Counted from the first letter of the whole stretch, positions 13,123-26,236 are shown. The stretch: 63,995 bases of DNA, filler included, from Diploschistes diacapsis (GCA_023645945.1; 5 parts of 5 records of this genome joined end to end with filler, not necessarily neighbours in it); one strand, 5' to 3'. The notes: generated by a model from the sequence alone, not told the origin. Numbers and translations: made by a program.

Positions 13123-13845
13123 GGGGTTGGGGGGTTCTGGGCAAGAGCGTTTCTCCCTTCAGCGCGGCGTTATGGTTCGGCACGATTTCGATCCAATACG
13201 AGGGTCGGTCTCTCCCCCTCCGACGAGACCACGATGCGATGCTTTTTTGGAAACAGAAACCCCCCACACTCGCTTTAGTATATACTCTCGCTTATGATTA
13301 CATTTGCTTTTACGATTTAATGTCTCTTGGGGATTGTGCCTCAATACTGGCGACCCGGCAGAAGGAGGCTGGGGAGGAGCAACAGAATGTAGCAATAATA
13401 ACAACTATGCAACTGGATCACGGCGCTCAAGAATCTCAGTGTGCTAGTATTTTGGAACATCGTGTCTCAAATGTAGTACAAGCGTGGTATACACTCCTCT
13501 TTCCAGATACTTCTTTGGACTTTACTGGATATATTTTAGATAGAAGTGCGGGTAAGTCATTATCTCTTCATGGGAAGAAACGTGCTTTGAAGATGATGTG
13601 AAGAAGTGGGTAGGTATGTATTCCGGACTCGGAGCTACGGCGCAGTTCCGCATTTCGCTCCATTCTCCTTCTCCGGCGCCACCGGGCCAAAGCCCGCGTC
13701 AGACACTTTCCGTATGTATACATCAAGCCTCTTGACTAATTGTATCTAGCCCCCCATCCAAGGTTCTTTCCCATGACCAGGACGTTCCGTCCGACTTAAA
13801 GGTCTACGCATTTTCCCATCCCGTACCCGAAGCGAGACACTTTGA

Positions 13846-15024
13846 ATGGCGAACACGATCCCAGCTTTAAAGCGCAGCTTCCTCTCGTCACAGGTCCGTA
13901 TCCTCAATGCGCCGCTCGAACCGGCTGAGGACTGGCGCGAGGGCAATGCAGCGACAATGGATGAAGAGAGGGGGGACCTGAGCGAGAAGGTGGTTGAGGA
14001 GGTGCTGAGGAAGGGTACGTAGGGGCAGTGACTGTTTCTGCTGACGGGTTGAGGTGTGAGGGTTGTTGTTGTGGGTTTTTTGGGGTAGTCTTCGTGTGCA
14101 GATGCTATTAGGCATGAGCGGAACTGGGCTGTTCAATGGACAAGTGTTTATTTTTGGGTTTTTCTTTCAAGATGTGTTGGCCAATTATTCCACTCGCAAA
14201 GGCATTAAGACATTATTCTGCTTTAATTTTCCGATGCGTTAGGCAATGCTGATGGTTGGCTCCAAACTATAGTTAATAAAACCATCAAGCAGCACAATGC
14301 CTCCGTCTTTCCAGCCCAGGCCCTCTCCCACGTCGCCCAACAGATCGACGCGCTGTACTGGTCAGCGGCGGAGCCCGCCGTCCAGGGGCTAGAACTACCA
14401 CCAGACGCTATAAGCGTCGACGCGGATCTGCGGCATGAAGCGTAGGTCATCTTTCTGAACTCCATTCTACCCCGGTGTCCACATGACACTCGCTTCACCT
14501 CCCGCTATCACGCAAGTCACTTCGAGCACGTCCTGAGTCCTCGCAGAACTATCTCCTCCCTCCCACCCTCCTTCCCAGACTTGGCCCCATCTCCACCCTC
14601 TTCACCGGAAAACCCTCGCCCGTCCAAACGGCCCCGGACATCCGCCCTGGAGACATTCGACGCCTCAACCCGCTACGCTCGGCTCCGCTCTCAGCTCCAG
14701 GACCTCAACACTCAGCGCGGCGAGTCCCGGAAGAAGCTGGACGAGGCGCGCGCCATGCTAGACTTGCTCCGGCCCCTGCGAGACGCGAAGGAGAATGTGC
14801 AGCCGAATCTGGTCGGTAGGGGAAGCGAGCTTGAGGCGGAGCTGGAGAGGACAAAGGTGCTTGTGGCACGGTTGGTGGCACTGCTAAGAGCGAAGAAAGG
14901 GGGTTTGGGCTTGGGCTTACGCGATGGGCAGAGGGACAGGGGTAATGGCGAGGCTGGCGGAGAGATGGGGTTTGAGAGGGGGACGAGAGAGAAGTTGGAG
15001 GAGTTACTTGAGCAGGAGGGATAG
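13846..15024 (+). CDS. FTA4: Kinetochore Sim4 complex subunit Fta4-like protein (three exons)
   Basis: MANTIPALKRSFLSSQVRILNAPLEPAEDW; intron 14015-14272; VNKTIKQHN and HVAQQIDALYW; C-terminal NVQPNLVGRGSELEAELER. Confidence 0.8.
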
Positions 15025-16430
15025 GTCTTTGCCTGGCTGCTGCTCGTCTACGACTTTGCGGATTTCATGACCAGGGCTTCGATTGCATTGGTCTTGCATG
15101 CATCATCCTGAGGAAGGCTCCACAGAAGGAACGGAGTGTGGTCGCAGCTCGCAAGGCTACACACGCTGCAGTCTCGCCGCGCTGGCTCTTATCTGCTCCA
15201 GAATTTGGGGGAGTGAGCAGGCAAAAGTAGGCAGGCCATCTCTGTGCAGCTTCCTCGACCCACTGACCCACTTGGATAAGCTTGCGCCTGGGGAGGCTGC
15301 AATGCAAGCCATACGGCAGAGGCAGAAGCAGGCTCCGCATCGTATACTTCTAGCGCAAGGCGATCGTGTAGTAGCACAGGGCGATGGCCCAGGCAGCTTC
15401 CTACTGAACTCAGGCTTCAGTTGTAGTTGTATGTGTTGGGGGTGCTTATGGAAACAGAAATGCATGTCAGAATGCAGTGAGCAGGACAGGCAGGACGGGA
15501 AGGTTAGAAAGAAGGGCATGACCCAGGCCGACCGATCTGGAAGCTTAGGCGAGGCAACGGTACAGCACTGTAGCAGAGCCATGAGCGGTTGCCTCACTTG
15601 TACACTCAAATCCTCCCATCGTCAATGGCAAACTGCCTCTGTGGTTGCGAAGGTTGCAAGGCACTGATAGTTATTGAAAAGCTGCGAGCGTTGGTGCCTA
15701 CTGTATCTCTGGGAGTGAGCCAGCCCTATGGGAGCTCTAGCCAGACTGGGGAAACGATTTAACCGAAGACAATTCTGCCAAGAGCGGCACCAGGCGGTGG
15801 ACTTGGTTGGAGTTAAGTTCGATGGGAGCTTCATAAGAACATGCCTATTGAACAAAAGCTCGATCGGCGACTCTACGTTATCTAGACACTGTGAGAGTAG
15901 TCTAGCTGACTACCCTTAAGATAACTAGGAGCCTGTATCGATCAAGAACTCCTATTATGGATATCTAATTGCCCCGTGACCTTCACGCTGAGGCTCTACC
16001 CGGAAGAGGTGCCTCCCACAGCGTCATTCTTATTTTGACAGCTACCGCAGCTTCTGTCTGGCTTCATATTGTTCGACTGCATGGGCTAACAGGCCACGGA
16101 ATATATAATCAGTGGCGTGCAACGGCTTTTTCGAGGCTTCTATCGTTGATCCTTTTGCGGGGCAATGCAACTTTACTCGAGCTTAAACATGCATCGAACT
16201 TCTCGCGGTGACGATGTCATATGCGGGGACCCATGTTCGATCTTTATACTGGTTCTCACCATGCCGTATTGAAAGATGAATGACTGAGGGGAACATTAGC
16301 GGTAGGTATATATCTCTGTTATGGCTCTTTACCTTCCTCCGGAAGTTCTGTGGTGTACCTTTGCGCTGGAATTGATCTTGTGCCCGTCTCCTTTCCCTTC
16401 TTCATACTCCCCACAGCATTCCCTTTCACC

Positions 16431-18066
16431 ATGGCTCGATTCTTCACTTCTCTGCTAGCAGTGCTGCTGTCGGCGCTCTTACCGGCTGCTCAGGCTCAAG
16501 GAACATACGGAAGCTATAATGGCCTTGCGGTGACACCACAGATGGGATGGGTAAGCAGCCTTTACTGCCCTTGAGGCCTGCTCTGATCCAGGTTAGGACA
16601 ACTGGAACGCGTTTGGCTGCAACGTCAGCGAGACTCTCCTACTGGGCACGGCTCAAAAGATTGTAAACCTGGGATTGAAGGACCTGGGTTATAATTATAT
16701 CATTCTCGACGACTGTTGGTCTGAAGGGCGATACGAAAATGGTAGCTTGAAGCCAAACTTTAGCAAATTTCCCAATGGCATGAAACACGTGGGTGATCAG
16801 TTACATGCGTAAGAAATAACTCGTCCTCTAATTTCCATGCTTTAAGTCTGACTTACTGTAGATTGGGCCTGAAGTTCGGAATGTACAGCTCAGCGGGATT
16901 CTACACATGTGGCCGGTATGTCGCTTCGCTAGGCAATGAAAAGCAGGACGCCGAGACCTTCGCATCCTGGGGCGTGGACTACCTCAAATATGACAATTGT
17001 CTGCCCGTTTCCGCTCCTTGTCGCACTTACCTGTCTAACTTTCTCGTTAGGCTATAATGGCGGCCAAGCTGGTACCCAGCTCCTCTCCTACAACCGCTAC
17101 AACACCATGTCCATGGCCCTTAACGCAACCGGCCGTCCTATCCTCTACTCACTTTGTAACTGGGGCGAAGACTCGCCGTGGAACTGGGCCCAGACAATGG
17201 CCAACAGCTGGCGCATGTCCGGCGACGTCTACGACTCCTTCTCACGGCCCGATGTACGGTGCCCATGCACGGGCGACGAAGATAGCTACCTCTGCATCCT
17301 CCCCGGCTTCCACTGCTCCATCCTCAACATCATGAACAAGATGGCGCGCATCGTCTCCAAGTCGCAATCAGGCGCCTTCAACGACATGGACATGCTCGAG
17401 GTCGGTAACGGTGGCATGACGGACGATGAGTACAAAGTACACATGAGCATGTGGGCCCTCAACTCCAGCCCCCTGATTATCGGTACAGACATCCGTTCCA
17501 TCTCTCCGGCCTCCCTGTCCATCTATGCGAACCCGGCCGTTCTCGCCCTCAACCAGGACCCCAGCGCTGGGGCTGGCAACCGCGTCTGGCGCTATACCGT
17601 GCCGGACGTGGACGAGTACGGCCAGGGCGAAATCAGTCTGTGGACCCGCACGCTCGCCAACAGGGACCAGGTCGTCGCGCTCGTCAACGCAGGCAACAAT
17701 TCACGCGCCATGAACGCCAGCCTCGCGGACATATTCTTCGACTACGGCGCCGCGAACTCGAAGCAAGCTATGACAAACTACGATATCTACGACGTGTGGG
17801 GCTACCGTATGGAAAATGCGACCGCATCTGCCGTGTTGAACGGGACAGCACCGGCGATCGTGAATGGGAATAGCACGAGCAGGTGGAATGCGAGCGAGAC
17901 GAGCTATGCGCAGGGGATTATGATGAATGCGACGGCGCTGATGGGGAAGAAGGTTGGGACTGTGCCGGCAATGGGAACGGTGAAGGCTCAGGTGCCGAGG
18001 CATGGGATTGCGTTGTATAGATTGAGGGCGACCGGGATGGGGAATACGGGGAAGGATGAGCTATAG
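16431..18066 (+). CDS. Secreted GH27 alpha-galactosidase (melibiase type), three introns
   Basis: Signal peptide, [22 protein letters not shown], catalytic YLKYDNC, SWRMSGD and [13 protein letters not shown]. Confidence 0.95.
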
Positions 18067-18104
18067 TATCTAGAGTGGGCGGCTAGATAGCCTAGATTCG
18101 GACC

Positions 18105-18560
18105 AGAACCCATCTGTAGACGAGCAATCATCCGTAAACGGAATCTCATGAAATAGGCATTCCGGAATCCTCATGCTTCAGTGGTTTGTCTGCGATAGCC
18201 AACTGCGTTCATGAAACCTATTCTTAAACAAAAGTCTATCCAGGGGTGAAAGCGGTCCGTCGACGAAAGAAAAAATCTGTAAAATTTTCCATCTGTAAGC
18301 AGAAACCATCCGTAAACGAAAAAGTTGAGCATCCAAAGGAGTAATAGAGACAGACGGCCCTTTACGTACGAGTAGATATCCCCTTTACAGATGGCTTTTC
18401 GCTTACGGGAATGTATTTGGCTTGCAGATACTTTTCGTTTACGAGTGCTTTGGTTTGCCGACAATTTTTCGTTTCCGCATGATTCTTTAAGATATTGAGT
18501 ATTCTACCCTTAGGGATACGGATGATGTGTTCTTCATTCCATTCAGATGGGTTTTCGTTC
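18105..18560. repeat. Degenerate inverted arrays of a 17-18 bp motif (foldback/MITE-like relic)
   Basis: CCATCTGTA/CATCCGTAAACG copies at about 18110, 18129, 18289 and 18306. Reverse-complement copies TTACAGATGG, CTTTTCGCTTACGG, CTTTTCGTTTACG, TACGGATG and CAGATGGG lie between 18385 and 18555. Confidence 0.55.
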
Positions 18561-19577
18561 AGGAGCAACTATTCATCAACAGATAGACCACGTGATCTAA
18601 AGATAATAATCCTTGGCATTAAAACATCAACACTTCCTCTTGTGTCTTTCCCAGCGTGTACTACAAGCGATGCGCAAGCGCATTGGCCCCCTATGAAGTA
18701 TCCTATTTTTCCTCAATTGGAAGTGTGTTCCCCATGACCCACTTAAATATGCTTATTGGCACCTTGTTGAGTGGTTGTACCGTAAGAAGGATATTAGCAC
18801 AGATCACGAAGAAGTATATATATATGAGCTTGAATGACATTGCAACTTTCCGAAGAAGAAACGCCATCTTATTCATCCCGTCCTTCACCCTCTATCACCC
18901 CGTCGTCATGTTCGTGAAGAAATCCATCGAGAAAGCCAGTGCCGACCGGGCTGAACCCAAGTACACGCACAAGTACAAGCAACTACCCCAGTGAGTGAAT
19001 GCACGGCTCTTGCCCTCTTGCCATGCTCCTTCCACAGATGAACCTGGACTGACGTAGTCTCAGAATTCATGCGACACATACCGGCGCTCTTGCCACTGTA
19101 ACTTCCTACTGGAGCACGATTCGACTCGAATTCGCAAGGGCTGCGCTTAGCCTGGATGGACGGAGAGTCTCGCTCTGCCTCTACAGCATATACAATAGAG
19201 CCCTCGGATGGGAAAACCTGTAAGCAGGCCTTTGTTTCTATCCCACCACTGCAGCACAATCTCTGCGTGTGCTCAAGAAAAACTCGTGGGCCATGAGAGT
19301 CGAGTGGTGTCGCCCCTTCCTCTTTTGCTGGTGGCATCGAAATCAATCCCGCCCTCCCCTTCCCGCTCACGCTGTTGCTTCCTGTTCACACTGCTGGTTC
19401 AAGTTAATATTGCTCCTTCCATGAGCTGTCGCTGGAGAAGTGCCCATGGAAAGGAAGGCACGCAGTCGTTACTCTATATAAGTGCTTTTCTCATTGCCCA
19501 CGAGTCTCTTCCTTTTCTCTTCGTCTCTTTCTGAGTTCAACACCCAGAGTATAAATTGCTATACGTGTTCTGACACC

Positions 19578-19963
19578 ATGGCAATTCACCTTAGTAACCA
19601 CGCTCTTGCGCTGCTCCACCACTGCGTTTCTTCGATCGTGTGGCTCGCCCTGCTCGGTCTCTCCGCTTTTGCAGCCGTCCGGCAGCTTGCCGTGGAGGAT
19701 GGGCAAGTTGGGGACGACGCCACGAACAGGGGGTAAGTCATCGTTGCCGATTCCAAAGACCGTTCATCGTTCGACGTGGCACTAAATACGGACCAGGATT
19801 TGGGCGGCCTTTGTTGCCCTTCTGCTCCTGTTCTGCATCCTCCAAGCCCCCCAGCATCCCTGTAAGTTTCTGTCCCGTGTGATGGTGTGCACCTTCCTTC
19901 CCTGCGCCATCAGCAACGTGCTCGGCTCCAGCTGGGCTCGCCTGGTGGTTGTGGGAATGCTAG
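19578..19963 (+). CDS. Possible small spliced membrane protein
   Basis: TATAAA near 19550, ATG 19578, GTAAGT donors at 19733 and 19862. Splicing to the CAG at 19796 joins two hydrophobic helices in frame (SIVWLALLGLSAFAAV; IWAAFVALLLLFCIL). Third exon uncertain. Confidence 0.35.
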
Positions 19964-20536
19964 GCCTTACACTTAACTGTGCAGCTGCAGCCTGGGCCGA
20001 TTCTCCGGGCAACTGGTGGAATTGGCTCAAAGGCGAGCCGCAGGGACATCGGCGCATCGAAGAGCGATCTTCGATGTGCTGATGGGCTTGACAACGGTGC
20101 GTTGAAGCTACTGACAAAGGAGCATAGTGGTCCGAGCTGCTGAGACTTGGAGACTTCTCAGTCAAGCAAGGAATTTTTGGAACAGCCCGTAGGGCAAACA
20201 CTCTCTTCGGAGAGGGTCCTACACGGTTAGGTGTAGGCAATTTTTGGAGCCTCCCCTGCGGGGACACACTCTCTTTGGAGAGTTTCTCTTTTCTTTCTTC
20301 TGGGTTACTGGCCTTACACTGCCGCCGGATGACCCGACATCGTTTCACTGCTGTTACAGCTTGTCTGTGACAGCAGGGTAAGTTGTTATCATTGCTCACA
20401 TTACGAGGGCTTCACGTTAAAGTCTGATAATCGGGCCCACTCTACAAGGCTTCCTAGCTTTCCTCGACCAACTTTTCCTCACCTCATTCCTCACTCCCGC
20501 TCCGGACCCTACTCCCTTCCATCAACTACCCTGTCC

Positions 20537-22378
20537 CTACCTCGAAAGCGCAATGTCGTCGATCCTCAAGATCATCTTGACCGTCTCCGCCGCCAGCTCA
20601 ACCGCGCTCGTGCTCACCAGCAGCGGCTGCAGCACGTTCTCGTCCTTCATATTATTCTTGACCCCGCCGCTCCGGATACTCACTCCAGCGTTCTTCTCCC
20701 CGAGCGCATGCCGGTGCCTCAGATCTGTCACAACTTTTATCGAATTCAGCCCCGCGTTCTCCGCCAGCGTCGTCGGCACCACCTCCAGCGCCTCGGCGAA
20801 CGCTTTCCAGCACACGGCCTCCATGCCTCGCAGGCTCTGGCTCTGGTGGGAGAGGGCCTGTGCGATTTCGATCTCGGGCGCGCCGCCTCCCGCGATCAGA
20901 GCGCGCTTCTTGACGAGGCAGCGGATGACGCAGAGGGCGTCGTGGAGAGAGCGCTCGGCCTCGTCGAGGATTAAGGAATTGGCACCGCGGCAAATGATGC
21001 TGACGGTCTGCCCCGCGGCCCGATGCGAGACGCCGGTTACCTTGACGATACGCGCCCCGTCCGAGGTCTGCTCCTCGACCAGCGCGGCGGTGCCGAGCTT
21101 GTCTTCCGTAAAGGAGTCCGGGTGGGCGATGGGCTTGCAACCCGTCGACTTGCAGATGAACTCGACCTCGTCGCGCTCAACGTCCTTGATGGCGAGGATG
21201 TTGAGCTTCATGAGGAAGTGGAGGGAGAGGTCGTTGACGGCGTCGCGGAGGATGGACTTTTGAATGAGGAGGACGTTGCATTTGGCTTGCTTGATCTTCT
21301 TAACTAGGTCGAGGAGGTATTTCCGCTCTTCTTTAAGGATCTTGTCCATTTGGCGGTAGTCGTTTACGACGATTTGGTTTTCCATCTGAGAGGGCTCAAC
21401 CAACGCTCGGTTAAGGGGGAGCCTAAACTTACGTCAGGTTTTGGAGGGCTTAGCTGAAACTGGATCAAGCCTATCCGGGCTTTCTCCATTCGGGTCGGGC
21501 CACCAGCGCTCTTTATCACGGGTTGATTTAGGACCAGGCCATCAACCATCTCGCTGTCTTCTATCGTCCCTCCCACTTTCTTTATTATCCGGATATTCTT
21601 GAGATCAACATTGTCAGCCGTTTTTTGATCTATCGTCTTGAGAACAGCGTCCACCGCGATTGGTCCAAGTAGGCTCGAGTATTGTGAGACGATTTTTGAG
21701 GAAAGGGAGGTTGATGCAGCTTGGAGGAGGGTGGCTCTGTCTGAGAGTTGTATAGGATGTGACATGTCATGGAGAACTTTAACGGCTGCCGCAGCTGCGC
21801 GCTGGAAGGATTCTGAGATGATGGTGGGATGTATTCCTGTACTACGTTAGTATCTCTTTTCCAGTCCTTTGGCAACAGCCTACCCTTGGCTAGTAATCTA
21901 TCCGCAGCGCCTAAGAGACTGCCTGCAATAACAACCACCGAAGTCGTTCCATCTCCGGCTTCAACGTCTTGCGCAGCTGACAGGTCCACCAGCATCTTCG
22001 CTGCGGGATGCATTACGCTCATATCTTTCAACATTGTATTGCCATCATTTGTCTGGGCCGTATCAGTTTGGCCCTTGGCTGGAGTAGCGTATAGCTCACT
22101 ATTATCGTTGCTCCCTTTCCCGTCTGTATCATTTTGTCCATGCCTCTAGGGCCCAGCGAGGTTCGTATGGCGTCGGCGACAGCTAGACAAGTAAGGACGG
22201 TTACAGCTGCTGGAATACCGGGTCACACCTCTAGCGGCCATAATATTGGCATTCCGCACAGCCATAGGCTTCTCCTTGTCCTGTACCACATGGTTAGACA
22301 GCTGTGTGGGGTGGTAGGTTTAGCACACACTTTGAAAGCATTGTTGCCGGAATTCGCGGCAGTCATGGCCGTCGCCAT
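20537..22378 (-). CDS. CCT4: T-complex protein 1 subunit delta (multi-exon)
   Basis: [16 protein letters not shown] start, [45 protein letters not shown] end. Confidence 0.97.
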
Positions 22379-22699
22379 GGTAGCCTTGAAATTTTAGATT
22401 TCTCTTGAAGGGTTCTCGTAGTAATCACGTTTCTGCGACTTCCACGTCTTACCACGGCAAAAAGTATTTGAAGTTCGTTCGTGGACCCGAAATGGAAAAA
22501 TAAGTCGTACCTTGCAGCAGGAATCAGAATGACATAGAAAATAAGTTCTTGGCATTTCAGTGGGAAGTGTAAGTTGGATTTTCCGGGAGTACTTACTGCA
22601 CCATACAAATTTGTATGGAGCATCAGGTACTTCGGAAACCCTCTCTTGTTTATTTACTTTTTTGTTACTTACTTCAATTTTTTCTTCCATTTTTTTTCT

Positions 22700-23540
22700 T
22701 TTGCTAACTACTCAATAGATACACGATGTCTGGCCTGCCTGCGCTCCCGCCCGCGACTTTCGACGTCGCTATCGACGTCAACGATCCCGACGACGTCTGG
22801 ATTTTCGACCCGCTTTCGGACGAGCTCGCCCGCCTCGATAACGTCATCCCTACGCTCGCCGCGCTCGACCTCCCTGCGCCCGCCGCGCCCGACCCCGATC
22901 GCGTTCTTTCGCCGCCGCTGGCACCTTCGCCCCCGGCTGGGAGGCTTTACAGCTTCCCCCCGGGCCTCTCTGAAAAGAAAGCGCGTTTATTCGCCGTCGA
23001 CGGTCGCCGTCGGCGACCGTCGAAATTAAAAAAAGGAAGCTATCGCGATCCGCAGAATCGGGGCGGATATAACGATCGAGCGAACTATTTCGTCTACTAA
23101 TCGCCACGTCGAATCTCTTAATATTAACGATAGTATCAAAAAACCGAACGTCTTTCGGGTACTTATTACGCAACAAGTTACCCTGAGCTACGAGCTCGAA
23201 GACGTCTCGCGCGCCCTTCGCGACGTTAACGATATCAAACTCCGCACGAAGCTTAACGTCGGCGATAAATACTTAAACCATATTTAATAACGGCGGCTTT
23301 GCTATCTACGAGGATATAAAGAAGGCTTATTTCCTTATACAGGCGGATCCGGACGTTGCCGCTCAGCGGGCGCGGCGTTTATAGATAAATGACCCCCTCT
23401 AAAGGCGATTCTTTACTAACTACGGCAGTTTAGGGAGGGTTTAAAGGACCTACAGGCCTCCTTTTACGACTAAGAGGCTGCGGCGGAGCGGGAACCGCCC
23501 GACGCCCGCGACGGCCTCAACTCCGTCGCGGGGGGGGGGA
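22700..23540 (+). mobile_element. RIP-mutated relic of a repeated or mobile sequence between CCT4 and RPT1
   Basis: Sharp block nearly devoid of CpA/TpG and rich in CpG/TpA. Protein-like frames are interrupted by TAA/TAG stops, as expected from CAA/CAG to TAA/TAG changes. Confidence 0.6.
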
Positions 23541-23940
23541 GGGTCCTAGTGGTCTCACCACCAGATTTTTTGTATATACGCGTATGTAGAGCTTCAAATT
23601 CACTGCATTTCTACTAAAAACCTGGCAAAGTGTAAAGTGACTTAAATTTCTATGTAAATTGCTAACAAGTCTATGTACCTCGGCAATCGCGGCGGTCAAG
23701 CCAGATTACCACTAAAACTGTTTACTAGCGGCTCCACAAGGCAGAATAACACATACCGTTAAGGGCGGCGACAACACTAATCCACTCGTGAAATTTCCTC
23801 TCGAATTATCGTTCATCATCATCAACCTTAGCCTGCCTCTTATACTAGCGACATTCCTTTGCAATAACCATCATCTTGTCGTGCTTCTCATCCTTTATTC
23901 TAGGGCTCCGACTACCAGACAACTACGCCGAATCCGCAGT

Positions 23941-25356
23941 ATGCCGAGCGCGACGGGTCAGAACTGGGAGAAGTACTCGAAGAAGTACGCCGACGATGAA
24001 GAGCCCGAAAAGAAGATCACGCCTTTGACGGACGAGGATATTCAAGTCTTGAAGACATATGGAGCCGCTCCATACGCTGCTGGCTTGAAACGATTAGAGA
24101 AACAGATCAAGGAAAAGCAGGCCAGCGTGAATGAGAAAACAGGGGTCAAGGTAAGCGGTCACAAAGCACGCTTGATCCTCGCCGCTCAACTACGCAGGAA
24201 TCTGACACAGGCCTCGCACCTCCTCATCTATGGGATATAGCGGCTGATCGCCAGCGCATGTCGGAAGAACACCCTTTGCAAGTAGCGCGCTGCACCAAGA
24301 TAATTCAGGATGAAGAGAATACGGATAAGAGCAAGTATGTCATCAACGTTAAGCAGATCGCCAAGTTCGTCGTCAAGCTTGGAGAACGCGTAAGCCCTAC
24401 GGATATCGAGGAAGGGATGCGGGTAGGGTAAGCACACATCTAGCGTATCTGTGCGATTACGCTGACATCGTTACAGAGTGGACAGAAATAAATATGAGAT
24501 CCTGCTCCCTCTCCCACCCAAGATCGACCCTTCGGTCACTATGATGACCGTCGAAGATAAACCGGATGTTACATACGGAGATGTTGGGGGGTGCAAAGAA
24601 CAGATAGAGAAGATAAGGGAAGTCGTCGAAATGCCACTGCTGTCGCCAGAACGCTTTGTCAGCCTTGGGATCGATCCCCCCAAAGGTGCTCTATTGTACG
24701 GTCCTCCAGGAACCGGGAAGACGCTATGCGCCCGTGCCGTGGCGAATCGAACAGACGCGACATTTATTCGAGTTATTGGATCGGAGCTAGTACAGAAGTA
24801 CGTAGGCGAGGGAGCTAGGATGGTTCGAGAGCTCTTTGAGATGGCAAGAACAAAGAAAGCATGCATCATCTTCTTCGATGAGATAGATGCTATCGGAGGG
24901 GCTCGTTTTGATGACGGCGCTGGAGGAGATAACGAGGTGCAGCGGACCATGTTGGAGCTTATTACACAGCTTGATGGTTTCGACTCGAGAGGCAATATCA
25001 AGGTCATGTTCGCTACAAATCGTCCTTCGACGCTTGATCCCGCGCTTATGCGACCTGGACGAATTGATCGAAAGATCGAATTTTCGCTACCAGATTTGGA
25101 TGGTCGAGCCAATATTCTACGCATCCACGCAAAAAGCATGTCGGTAGAACGCGACATTCGCTGGGAACTGATCTCTCGTTTGTGCCCCAATGCTACTGGG
25201 GCCGAACTGAGGAGTGTCGCGACAGAAGCGGGCATGTTTGCCATACGAGCTCGGAGGAAGGTGGCAACTGAGAAAGACTTCTTGAGCGCCGTTGACAAAG
25301 TGATCAAGGGCAACTTGAAATTCAACTCTACCGCGACATACATGCAGTACAATTAG
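23941..25356 (+). CDS. RPT1: 26S proteasome AAA-ATPase regulatory subunit 7 (two introns)
   Basis: [12 protein letters not shown] start, [17 protein letters not shown], Walker A GPPGTGKT, Walker [15 protein letters not shown] end. Confidence 0.98.
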
Positions 25357-25592
25357 ATGGAGTTTAAAAAGCTAAGAATAGCTCTTTCTGCCATTACCTA
25401 ATGGTAGTGGCATCGGATTGTGTATAATAGTTCACGATGTTGTCGACATCGGTCCTTGCATAGCGTTTAAGCATGTCAGGTGGCAGGGGCTGGAGGCGTT
25501 TCGAAGCAAGCAGGATCGAGCAGAATATTCGATGGATAGAACATTTGACATCAGCCTTTCTTCTTCGCTGGGTAAAGAGATTCACACCTCTA

Positions 25593-25803
25593 ACGTGTTT
25601 CACCACACAACGGAACACCCCACGAAGCGGAACACTACATTATAATGTAATTGCGCTAGATCGAGCGCTTCCATATTTGTACGAAGCTAAATCTGTTCTC
25701 AACTACAACTACCCCGTTCTTCGGCCTTTAAGAAATACACTTTACGAAGGTACAGGGATTGTGTTCCGCTTTGTGGTGTGTTCCGTTGTGTGGTGAAACA
25801 CGT
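25593..25803 (+). mobile_element. 211-bp MITE, Fot1/pogo-like (Tc1/mariner superfamily), copy 1
   Basis: 43-bp near-perfect TIRs starting ACGTGTTTCACCACACAACGGAACAC, with internal 17-bp direct repeats. TA flanks both ends (25591-2, 25804-5). Homologous copy at 41780-41995. Confidence 0.9.
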
Positions 25804-26136
25804 TATCATAGAGCCTTGGAAAGTCTGCACTCCACTTTTCATCTCACCATTCAACGTACCCTCAAACTGGTCCAAACACCATGGCAACAAAACCGAGGAG
25901 AAGCCAAGAAGGGATGGAAGATATGATCTGCTATCGCCATCGCTAGATATCTACTGGCCCTATAAAAAAATCCTTTTTCAAAGCGCCCATCATCTACAAC
26001 GGTTGACCAATTTGCCATCTCCCTCCACCACTTTTCGTAAAGATTTTCCGCCTCTCGTTCAATCCACCCGACATCCTCATCCCCTCGCCTCCCACAGCCC
26101 GGAAACGCCTCGTTCCCCACCAACATTCCCCCAACC

Positions 26137-26236
26137 NNNNNNNNNNNNNNNNNNNNNNNNNNNNNNNNNNNNNNNNNNNNTTAATTAATTAANNNNNNNN
26201 NNNNNNNNNNNNNNNNNNNNNNNNNNNNNNNNNNNN
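26137..26236. other. Artificial contig linker
   Basis: N44-TTAATTAATTAA-N44. Confidence 0.99.

Noticed and set aside
15065..15920. Overlapping 150-194 aa ORFs on both strands
   Set aside because: Cys/Arg-rich random-looking translations with no motif or clear gene structure.
20553..25352. Long antisense ORFs opposite CCT4 and RPT1 (also opposite MSS1, ASST and the epimerase)
   Set aside because: Shadow ORFs caused by codon bias of the real genes.
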